A program made the translations under genes and the position numbers. Under the pieces are notes generated by a model. That model was not told the origin of the DNA. It saw nothing but the letters and a program-made list of their open reading frames with translations, and searched no databases. Below are positions 1-8,069 of a stretch of DNA of 64,000 nt, piece by piece (position 1 is the first letter of the stretch; the number at the start of each line of letters is the position of its first letter). The stretch comes from a bacterium (GTDB lineage: Bacteria > UBA10199 > 2-02-FULL-50-16 > JAJFLM01): positions 1,344,001-1,408,000 of the forward strand of contig CBDCFN010000016.1 in assembly GCA_965216315.1 (NCBI GenBank), in the 5' to 3' direction.

Positions 1-687
1 GTGCGTTATCCAGTCTTGGTCCCGAACATGAAGGGAATGGAAAGGGCGATCGAAGCGGGGGTTAAAGAAATCGCCGTCTTCACCGCAGCATCGGAGACCT
101 TCAACAAAAAAAATATCAACATGTCGATCGACGAATCGCTTCAGGCCATCGCCGATGTGATTAAACGCGCTCACGAAAATGACATTCAAGTCCGTGGTTA
201 TGTCTCCACGGGCTTTGGTTGCCCATATGAAGGCCGTATTCAGCCGGAAAAGGTGTTGGCCGTCATTCAGAAGCTCTTATCCTTACGAGTCTATGAGGTT
301 TCTCTAGGGGACACGATTGGGGTCGCTAATCCCAAGCAGGTCGAGGAAGTACTCGGCCTTATTCTGAAGTCCGTCAGTACCGATCAATTGGCGATGCACT
401 TTCATGATACCCGAGGGACGGCGTTAGCCAATATTCTGCAATCACTTCAAATGGGCATTACGACGATCGATTCGTCAGCAGGAGGGCTCGGTGGTTGTCC
501 TTATGCACCCGGTGCCGCGGGCAATGTCGCGACGGAAGACGTCGTCTACATGTTGCAGGGGATGGGGGTTCAAACCGGAGTGGACCTGGAAAAACTCGTC
601 GTAGCGAGCCAATTGATTCAACAGGAACTACAACGAGAGCTTCCAGGAAAATATTTACAGGCGGCCTTAGCCGCCTGCAAAAAGTAA
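1..687 (+). CDS. hmgL: Hydroxymethylglutaryl-CoA lyase (5' truncated by window edge)
   Basis: HFHDTRG metal motif and GLGGCPYAPGAAGNVATED signature. Confidence 0.93.
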   Translation: MRYPVLVPNMKGMERAIEAGVKEIAVFTAASETFNKKNINMSIDESLQAIADVIKRAHENDIQVRGYVSTGFGCPYEGRIQPEKVLAVIQKLLSLRVYEVSLGDTIGVANPKQVEEVLGLILKSVSTDQLAMHFHDTRGTALANILQSLQMGITTIDSSAGGLGGCPYAPGAAGNVATEDVVYMLQGMGVQTGVDLEKLVVASQLIQQELQRELPGKYLQAALAACKK

Positions 688-726
688 CGCTCAATGCGCG
701 CAAGGCGCACAAATCAGCTCCTGTAC

Positions 727-921
727 TTAGCCCATCATTAAGCTGCGAAAATTATCCAGGGCTGTTTCAGCAGACGTATAATGCGTATACCGCGGAGCCT
801 CGCCTCCAAGCTGCTCAACTGCACGGGCGCGTTCGGCTTGAAGTTTTTCCTGGCTCTGCACGAAGTCTCTCATCATTCTTATCGCCTGCTCATCGGTCAG
901 GGCTTGATTGTTCAATTCCAT
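727..921 (-). CDS. Small hypothetical protein (64 aa, MELNNQ...)
   Basis: ATG at 921 preceded by AGGAGGA RBS (927-933); fills the gap between neighbouring genes. Confidence 0.6.
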   Translation of the reverse strand: MELNNQALTDEQAIRMMRDFVQSQEKLQAERARAVEQLGGEAPRYTHYTSAETALDNFRSLMMG

Positions 922-1068
922 TAGATTCCTCCTCAATTATTACTGAGTTTAGTATCGCCGCACGAGCGGCTTCGAGTTTCCTGCCGATGAAGAAAAAAAT
1001 CTCTATATTTTATCAATATTTGCGAATCTTTCTCAGTATTCGCATGAGTCCGCAAAAAGCTGAAAGCT

Positions 1069-3030
1069 TTAGGGCTGAGTCGGGATATCCGCGATGGAAT
1101 TCGGGTTCTCGATCGAAGCCGTATCGCCTAAATCTTGGCCGAGATACTTCTTTTGAATGACGCCGCGGACGATCTTTGCCGAGCGTGTTTTGGGGAGAGA
1201 CGCAACGATATGGATGGCGCGAGGGGTCAGGGCCTTGCCCATGGCCTTAATAACCTGTTGTTTCAATTCTTCCTGTAGGGGCGCTGCTTGCTGCGCCCTT
1301 TGTTCGGGCGGACCAAGGGCCGCCCCTACGGCAGGGTCTAAAACAACGAAACAGACCAGTTCGGCCCCCTTGACCTCATGGGGAACGCCAATGGCCGCCG
1401 CCTCGATCACCGCGTCATGTTCAATCAAGGCTGCCTCAATCTCGGCCGGCCCGGTGCGGCGACCGGCAATCTTGATCGTGTCGTCGGCACGACCGCGGAG
1501 AAACCAATGCCCGTCGGCATCAACATAGGCCCAGTCGCCGTGGTTCCAGGTATCAGGCCATTTATCGAAGTAAGTACTGAGATAACGTTCCTTATCGTTC
1601 AAAAAGGCCTTCGTCATCGATGGAGCCGGCTGCTTACAGACTAGATAACCAACTTCTTCGCGAACAGACTGTTTGTCTTCATTAAAGACGTCGACATCCA
1701 TACCGAGACCAGGCCCGCGCAGACTACACGGCTTTAATTCCGTAATAGGCAAGGGTGCTAAGAGACAGCCAACTAATTCAGTTCCACCGGAAATGTTGAT
1801 GATCGGACAACGTGATCCGCCGATCTTTTCAAAAAACCACTCATATGATTCGGGGTCCCAAGGTTCGCCCGTTGAACCAAGCACTTCTAATGAAGAGAGA
1901 TCATGTTTGGTCACCCAATCCTCGTCGTAACTCTTTAACAGGCGAACGGCAGTGGGAGAAATGCCGAGATGAGTTAGCCGATGCTTTTCGACAATATCCC
2001 AAATTCGATCCGGCTGCGGATAATCGGGCGCGCCTTCAAAGATCGTTACCGTACCGCCAAAGGTATGCACGCCAATCAATTCCCACGGACCCATCATCCA
2101 ACCAATATCGGTCACCCAAAAAAACCGCGTCTCGGGTTTCACGTCAAAGTAATAGCCGAGCTCTTTGGCCATCTGCGCCTGGCAGCCGCCATGCGTGTGC
2201 ACACAGCCTTTCGGCTTTCCGGTCGTTCCCGACGTATAAAGAATCATTGCCGTCGCCTCGGCATCAAGAATGGCCGTCTCCGCCGTTTGATCTGCTTTGA
2301 CAAAGTCTTCCCACCAAATGTCTCGTGATTCATGCCAGGGGACCTCATCACCGGTTCGCTTCACCACGATGACGTGTTCGACTCCAGGAGCGTCTTTGAG
2401 CCCTTCATCGGCTGCTTCCTTAATGCGAACTTTCTTGCCCCGCCGGTACGCCCCGTCTGCCGTAAAAAGTAATTTACATTCAGCATCGACCAGGCGCGTT
2501 GCCAGAGCGGCCGAACCAAAACCGGAGAAAACGGGAATAAGCGGACAACCCAACTTGAGGCAGGCATAAAAGGCGATGACCATTTCAGGAATCATTGGCA
2601 TGTAAAGGCCCACCGTATCGCCGGCCTTAAGACCGAGTGCCTGCATCGCTCCGGCAACGCGTTCAATCTCAGCACCTAATTCGGAGTAACTCAGCGTCTT
2701 CGCGTCTCCTTCATCGGGTTCCCAAATCAAGGCAGGGTGATGGCCTCGCGTTGCAATATGGCGATCGATCGTATTGTGAACAATATTCAGTTGGCCACCG
2801 ATAAACCAGCGGGTCCACGCCAGCCCGTCGGACTCATCCATCACGTTGGAATAGGGCGTTTGCCACGCAATACCCAAGTCCTTAAGACAGACATCCCAAA
2901 AATGTCCCACATCCGCGACACTCCACTGCAACAAGCTTTCATAATCAGTGAGACCTTGAGCCTTCATGAGGCGGGTGATGTTGGCCGCATTGATACGTTC
3001 AGGACCGGGTTTCCAGATAACATCCGACAT
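1069..3030 (-). CDS. Acetyl/acetoacetyl-CoA synthetase-like AMP-binding enzyme
   Basis: YTSGTTGKPKG AMP-binding motif, GWMMGPW, LPKTRSAKIVR; ATG 3030 with AGGAG RBS; carries an in-frame REP doublet. Confidence 0.9.
   Translation of the reverse strand: MSDVIWKPGPERINAANITRLMKAQGLTDYESLLQWSVADVGHFWDVCLKDLGIAWQTPYSNVMDESDGLAWTRWFIGGQLNIVHNTIDRHIATRGHHPALIWEPDEGDAKTLSYSELGAEIERVAGAMQALGLKAGDTVGLYMPMIPEMVIAFYACLKLGCPLIPVFSGFGSAALATRLVDAECKLLFTADGAYRRGKKVRIKEAADEGLKDAPGVEHVIVVKRTGDEVPWHESRDIWWEDFVKADQTAETAILDAEATAMILYTSGTTGKPKGCVHTHGGCQAQMAKELGYYFDVKPETRFFWVTDIGWMMGPWELIGVHTFGGTVTIFEGAPDYPQPDRIWDIVEKHRLTHLGISPTAVRLLKSYDEDWVTKHDLSSLEVLGSTGEPWDPESYEWFFEKIGGSRCPIINISGGTELVGCLLAPLPITELKPCSLRGPGLGMDVDVFNEDKQSVREEVGYLVCKQPAPSMTKAFLNDKERYLSTYFDKWPDTWNHGDWAYVDADGHWFLRGRADDTIKIAGRRTGPAEIEAALIEHDAVIEAAAIGVPHEVKGAELVCFVVLDPAVGAALGPPEQRAQQAAPLQEELKQQVIKAMGKALTPRAIHIVASLPKTRSAKIVRGVIQKKYLGQDLGDTASIENPNSIADIPTQP
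1275..1329. repeat. GTAG-type REP doublet (family A) inserted in frame in the acyl-CoA synthetase
   Basis: GTAGGGGCG-ctgcttgctg-CGCCC ... GGGCG-gaccaagggc-CGCCCCTAC; encodes VGAALGPPEQRAQQAAPL. Confidence 0.85.
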
Positions 3031-3101
3031 GCTGTGCGATCTCCTAGCCAGTTTCTTGACTTTTTTCAAGCACTTAACTAGCTTTTCTCGAACATTTTAC
3101 T

Positions 3102-4208
3102 ATGTCAGCATTATCAAAAAATCGCGTCGTGGTCGCCATGAGTGGGGGCGTCGATAGCTCGGTCGCCGCCTGGCTCCTTAAAGAGCAGGGATACGAGGTC
3201 ATTGGCATCAGCATGAAGACCCATGAAGAGGTGGAACCTTGTCCGGAAGAATTACCAACTTTCCGCCATGCCGCTAAGAATTGCTGTTCGGTTGAAGACA
3301 TCATCGATGCCCGCGCCGTGTGTCAGCTTCTCGATATTCCATTCTACGCGATGAACTTTAAGAAAGAATTTAAAGAAAAGGTGATGGACTACTTTGCCGA
3401 TGAATACGCCGCCGGCCGAACACCCAATCCCTGCGTCAAATGTAATGATGAATTAAAGTTTGATGCCCTCTTGAGGCAAGCACGTGCACTGGGTGCCTAT
3501 TATCTGGCGACAGGTCATTATGTTCAAAAACAGCAAGATGAGTCGGGGCAATGGCATCTCTATTGCGCCAATGACACGAACAAAGATCAAAGTTACTTTT
3601 TATTTGGATTAAGGCAGTCTGAATTAGAACACATCCTCTTTCCTGTTGGCGCTATGAATAAAGAAGAGGTCAGGGAAATCGCGCGGAAGGCGGGAATTGC
3701 GACATCTGAAAAAACCGAGAGTCAGGAGATTTGTTTTGTTCCGAATAATGACTACGCCAGGGTTATTGAGCAACTGTATCCCGATAAAGTGCCCGGCCGA
3801 GGAACCTTTCGTAATGAGCGCGGCGAGCCGCTTGGAACGCACCGGGGAACCCATGCCTTCACGATAGGGCAGCGTCGCGGGCTGGGAGTCGCCGCCGGCG
3901 AGCGGCTCTACGTGACGCGAATTGACAGCCAAAATAATGAAGTCGTGCTGGGTACCGACAACGAGCTATACCGAAACGAGTTGGAGGCTTCCGAAATCAA
4001 TTGGGTGGGTGAGCTCCCATCGCAACAAGAATTACACGTCGAGGCCAAGATTCGTTATCGGCAAACGCCCGCGCCGGCGATCGTCCGTCTCCAGGGTGAA
4101 GATAAGGCAACGATCCAGTTTGTAGCGCCGCAACGAGCCATTACACCGGGGCAGGTCATTGTCTTTTATCATGACAATGAACTCTTGGGAGGCGGCTGGA
4201 TCCAATGA
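3102..4208 (+). CDS. mnmA: tRNA 2-thiouridylase MnmA
   Basis: AMSGGVDS, GRTPNPCVKCN, ATGHY, KDQSYFL, ESQEICF, TIGQRRGLG. Confidence 0.97.
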   Translation: MSALSKNRVVVAMSGGVDSSVAAWLLKEQGYEVIGISMKTHEEVEPCPEELPTFRHAAKNCCSVEDIIDARAVCQLLDIPFYAMNFKKEFKEKVMDYFADEYAAGRTPNPCVKCNDELKFDALLRQARALGAYYLATGHYVQKQQDESGQWHLYCANDTNKDQSYFLFGLRQSELEHILFPVGAMNKEEVREIARKAGIATSEKTESQEICFVPNNDYARVIEQLYPDKVPGRGTFRNERGEPLGTHRGTHAFTIGQRRGLGVAAGERLYVTRIDSQNNEVVLGTDNELYRNELEASEINWVGELPSQQELHVEAKIRYRQTPAPAIVRLQGEDKATIQFVAPQRAITPGQVIVFYHDNELLGGGWIQ

Positions 4209-5536
4209 GAGTTGCACTCCATACCTTAGGCTGTAAAGCCAACCAGGCCGATGCCACGTATTTGACCGCCGTCTTGAGACAGAAAGGCTACCAAGTTGTC
4301 GGGCTCAATGACGTCGCCGAATATTACATCTTCAACACCTGTACGGTAACCGACGAGGCGGATCGCGAGGCCCGTCAACTGACCCGAAGGGCAAAGCGGA
4401 AAAATCCCGACGCCAAAGTCATCGTCACCGGCTGTTACGCCCAAACTCAGGCCGAGGCCGTCGCGGCCTTGCCGAGTGTTGATGAGGTAGTAGGGAATCA
4501 AGAGAAGGGGAATATTCCCGAATTACTTCCCCTCCTTGCCAAGGAGGGGATTGAGGGGAGGCCCACAAAAGACCCCTCCCTAACCCTCCCCTTTGTAAGG
4601 GGAGGGAGCATACGACGGCAAACAAATGTACCCAGTTTCGGTTTCTCGCACTATTCCAAGAACACGCGCGCCCAGGTCAAGATTCAGGATGGCTGTGACA
4701 AATTTTGCACCTTTTGCATCATTCCTTTTGCACGTGGCAAAAACCGTAGCGTTCCACCGGAGCAAATCATCTCTGAACTGCACGAACTACGTCGACATGG
4801 CTATGAAGAGGCTGTTCTGACCGGAATACACATCGGCACGTATGGCCTCGATATTCATAGCAGTCTCGAAAACCTATTAGAGCAGATTGAAGCGGCCAAA
4901 CCATTGCCACGCATTCGCCTGTCGTCACTGGATCCGGAAGAGATCAGCGACCGTCTCATCCAAATGATTGCCAACAGCGAAATTATCTGCCCGCATATCC
5001 ATGTCGCCGTACAGAGTGGGGACGACACGATCCTGGCGCGCATGAAGCGCCGTTATGGGGTTGGGCAGTTTCGCGACATTATCAATCAAATAGTGAAGGT
5101 CATGCCAAAGATCGCGATTGGAACCGACCTTATTGTGGGTTTTCCGGGCGAAACCGAGGCTCAGTTTGAGCACAGCTACCAGATGATCGCTGAACTGCCT
5201 ATCAGCTATGCCCATGTTTTTCCCTATTCCACGCGCAAGGGCACTCCCGCTGCGAGCTATCCCGGCCAAGTCAGCCCTGACGAGAAGAAAAAGCGCACCA
5301 AGCGGCTGAGACAACTGAGCCAGTCCAAACGAATGCGTTATTTTGAACAATTTTTAGGCAAACCTCTGGAGATCGTCGTTGAATCACGGCGTGAGCCTAA
5401 AGAAGGCTTGTTAAGAGGCGTCACTCCAAACTATATTCCTGTTCACTTTAAAGGGACGGATCATTTGTTACGCACGCGTCAGATCATCCGCTTAGATCAA
5501 ATTCATAATTCAAGGGTGTATGGACATGTGGCGTAA
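4205..5536 (+). CDS. mtaB: tRNA methylthiotransferase MtaB (radical SAM)
   Basis: TLGCKAN, NTCTVT, VTGCYAQ, KIQDGCDKFCTFC. Confidence 0.9.
   Translation: MRVALHTLGCKANQADATYLTAVLRQKGYQVVGLNDVAEYYIFNTCTVTDEADREARQLTRRAKRKNPDAKVIVTGCYAQTQAEAVAALPSVDEVVGNQEKGNIPELLPLLAKEGIEGRPTKDPSLTLPFVRGGSIRRQTNVPSFGFSHYSKNTRAQVKIQDGCDKFCTFCIIPFARGKNRSVPPEQIISELHELRRHGYEEAVLTGIHIGTYGLDIHSSLENLLEQIEAAKPLPRIRLSSLDPEEISDRLIQMIANSEIICPHIHVAVQSGDDTILARMKRRYGVGQFRDIINQIVKVMPKIAIGTDLIVGFPGETEAQFEHSYQMIAELPISYAHVFPYSTRKGTPAASYPGQVSPDEKKKRTKRLRQLSQSKRMRYFEQFLGKPLEIVVESRREPKEGLLRGVTPNYIPVHFKGTDHLLRTRQIIRLDQIHNSRVYGHVA
4528..4606. repeat. CCCCTCC/GGAGGGG double-hairpin repeat (family B) inserted in frame in mtaB
   Basis: tcccctcctt-gcc-aaggagggga ... 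ccctcccctt-tgt-aaggggaggg; encodes PLLAKEGIEGRPTKDPSLTLPFVRGG between the N-domain and SAM core. Confidence 0.8.
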
Positions 5537-6281
5537 ACGCGTTATTGGCGAAGAAAAGAAGCAGCTCAAGCAACTGGCTAAAAAACTGGGGTTTTCTTTT
5601 AAACGACTCAGGCTGCTGCGCCGAGCCCTCACGCATCGTTCCTATGCCAATGAGCAAGGCTTTCCCGCCGAGGCTCACAATGAACGACTCGAGTTTCTGG
5701 GAGATGCCGTCCTTGAATTAGCAATCAGTGAACTTCTCATGACGCGCTACCCGGAATTCACCGAAGGAGAACTGTCTAAATTGAGAGCCGCCATCGTCAA
5801 TGAGAAACAACTCGCCGAAATTGCGCGCGTCTATCACATTGGGGACCATTTATTGTTGGGACGCGGAGAAGAACAAACAAACGGCCGAGAAAAACCCTCA
5901 CTTTTGTCTGATGCTTATGAAGCGGTTTTGGGAGCTGCCTATTTAGACCGGGGCTATAAAAGGTCACGTGCCCTGATCGAAAAACATTATAGCCGACTTT
6001 TTGAAAATCGTACGCCCGAATCTTTTTACCTTGATTTTAAGACCGAGTTGCAAGAACGCGTCCAAAGCATCTTTCGCACGATTCCTCAATACCGGCTTAG
6101 AGGGGAACGTGGACCCGACCATCGCAAGACTTTTGAAGTTCAACTCATGATTCGAGATCAAGCGTACGGAACGGGCGTTGGGCATAGTAAAAAAGAAGCC
6201 GAACAAAAGGCGGCCGAACAGGCCCTCAAAAAACTTGAAGAAGAACAAGCGAGCTCGGACAAATCAACGGCGGCACGCTAA
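5520..6281 (+). CDS. rnc: Ribonuclease III
   Basis: ALTHRSY, NERLEFLGDAVL, C-terminal dsRBD; start may be 5526. Confidence 0.97.
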   Translation: MDMWRKRVIGEEKKQLKQLAKKLGFSFKRLRLLRRALTHRSYANEQGFPAEAHNERLEFLGDAVLELAISELLMTRYPEFTEGELSKLRAAIVNEKQLAEIARVYHIGDHLLLGRGEEQTNGREKPSLLSDAYEAVLGAAYLDRGYKRSRALIEKHYSRLFENRTPESFYLDFKTELQERVQSIFRTIPQYRLRGERGPDHRKTFEVQLMIRDQAYGTGVGHSKKEAEQKAAEQALKKLEEEQASSDKSTAAR

Positions 6282-7171
6282 TGGCCTTTAAAACAGGTAT
6301 TATCGCAATACTCGGTAGACCTAATGCCGGCAAATCAACCCTATTGAATGCCTTGATCGGTCAAAAAATTGCTGCCGTTACCGACAAACCACAAACAACC
6401 CGCTTTAACGTAAAAGGCATACGGCATGCGTCTTCGTCACAAATGATCTTTTTAGATACTCCCGGATTCCATAGTGGCGAAAAAACATTTAATCAGTGGA
6501 TGCTCGATCAAACGCGGCACGCCATTCTCGAAGCCGATGTCGCCATTTTGCTGATTGCCGCAGATCGCAAATGGCATGAGTTGGATAAGCAGCTCCTGCA
6601 ATTGATTAATGATTCGAAATGCAAACCCATCCTTGTCCTCAATAAAATTGATCTCGTATCAAAAGGACGGCTCTTGCCATTGATGAGGAAAATCTCGAAT
6701 GACGCTCCGGACACGCTCATCATTCCTATCAGTTCTCTCAGCACTGATGGGATTGATATTCTCCTTAATGCCATGGAGGAGGCCCTTCCTGAAGCGCCGC
6801 CTTTGTATCCCGATGACATCCCAACCGATCAAACGATGCGCCAACTGGCCGCCGAACTGATTCGTGAAAAGCTCTTTCAACTTAGTCGTGAAGAATTGCC
6901 GTATTCCATTGCTGTTTTTATCGAAAGTTATGAAGAACCGCCGCAGGAGGGTGGATTAACCCGCATTGGAGCCGTTGTTCTTGTCGAGAGAAAGAGTCAA
7001 AAAAGCATTGTTATCGGCAAAGGGGGTGAGTTCTTGAAAAAAGTCGGGACAGCCGCTCGCAAGGAACTCGAGTCCATGCTCGGAGGCAAGGTTTTCTTAT
7101 CGTTACATGTCAAGATCTCGAAGGATTGGAGCCAAAACCCCATCAAACTAAAAGAACTGGGCTATGCATAA
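6281..7171 (+). CDS. era: GTPase Era
   Basis: GRPNAGKSTLLN, DTPG, NKID, KH domain VIGKGG; follows rnc. Confidence 0.97.
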   Translation: MAFKTGIIAILGRPNAGKSTLLNALIGQKIAAVTDKPQTTRFNVKGIRHASSSQMIFLDTPGFHSGEKTFNQWMLDQTRHAILEADVAILLIAADRKWHELDKQLLQLINDSKCKPILVLNKIDLVSKGRLLPLMRKISNDAPDTLIIPISSLSTDGIDILLNAMEEALPEAPPLYPDDIPTDQTMRQLAAELIREKLFQLSREELPYSIAVFIESYEEPPQEGGLTRIGAVVLVERKSQKSIVIGKGGEFLKKVGTAARKELESMLGGKVFLSLHVKISKDWSQNPIKLKELGYA

Positions 7172-8069
7172 GCTAATCATCATTATAGGGGTTCGCGTCA
7201 CCCCCTCCACCGGCAAAACCGGACGGAGCCTCCCCCTCTCACTCGCGTTGCTCGCAATTTTAGCATGTTTGGGAACCGTGCACCCCGTTTATGCAGAAGG
7301 GGACATCATTGGGGATATTATTTCCGCCGAAGCCAAGAAAAAGCCTACGTCATCGGCAAAGAAACCTTCCACAAAGAAGGCTAGAAAGAAGGTTATCGTC
7401 ATTGATCCGGGACACGGAGGGAAAGACACGGGTGCCATCGGAGTCCGAAAAGTTCGCGAAAAAGATCTCGTACTGCAACTATCGCGACGGCTGGCTAAGG
7501 AGCTCAAAAAAATAATTGATGCTGAAATTATCTTAACGCGTTCCAATGACAAATTTATCACGCTTGATCAACGCGATGAAATTGCGATTGCTAAAAAAGC
7601 CGACGCCTTTTTATCTATCCATGCGAATTCGGCTAAACGAAAAGAAGCGAATGGTATCGAAATCTATTACCTTAATGACGGCTCGGATGAAGCCGCCAAC
7701 CGCTTAGCCGCACGTGAAAACAAAGGCAGCAAAAAAAGCCTCTCAGACCTCAAAAAAATACTTTCAACTCTGATCCAGACAGACAGTACGGAATTATCGC
7801 AATTACTTGCAAAGGAAGTGAAAAAGTCGATTCACAAACAGATAGCCTCTCGCTACTCTTTAGAACGATTGGACATCAAAACGGCTTTATTCTACGTCCT
7901 GGTGGGCTCACAAGCTCCCAGTATACTCTTGGAAGTTGGTTTCGTGACCAATCCAAAGGAAGCCAAGCGGCTCGGACAAAAGGAATATCAGGAACGTCTC
8001 TCCAAAGCCGTCGCCGCCGGTGTTGCCCGTTATTTTAAAGTGATAGAATCGCAGAAAGTGAACTTATAA
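7164..8069 (+). CDS. N-acetylmuramoyl-L-alanine amidase (Amidase_3)
   Basis: IDPGHGGKD, EKD, LTR, FLSIHAN, PSILLEVGF; signal peptide interrupted by a 69-bp repeat. Confidence 0.92.
   Translation: MHKLIIIIGVRVTPSTGKTGRSLPLSLALLAILACLGTVHPVYAEGDIIGDIISAEAKKKPTSSAKKPSTKKARKKVIVIDPGHGGKDTGAIGVRKVREKDLVLQLSRRLAKELKKIIDAEIILTRSNDKFITLDQRDEIAIAKKADAFLSIHANSAKRKEANGIEIYYLNDGSDEAANRLAARENKGSKKSLSDLKKILSTLIQTDSTELSQLLAKEVKKSIHKQIASRYSLERLDIKTALFYVLVGSQAPSILLEVGFVTNPKEAKRLGQKEYQERLSKAVAAGVARYFKVIESQKVNL
7188..7256 (-). repeat. 69-bp palindromic element (family C), antisense in-frame insertion in the amidase signal peptide
   Basis: Reverse complement gcgagcaacgcgagtgagagggggaggctcc...ggagggggtgacgcgaacccc matches the copies in miaB and argS. 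Confidence 0.85.

Noticed and set aside
945..975. Sigma28-like promoter upstream of the 64-aa gene
   Set aside because: Only a partial match (GGCGATAC) with a poor -35
495..1160. 221-aa + strand ORF
   Set aside because: Overlaps hmgL out of frame, the small minus-strand gene and the synthetase end; no motifs
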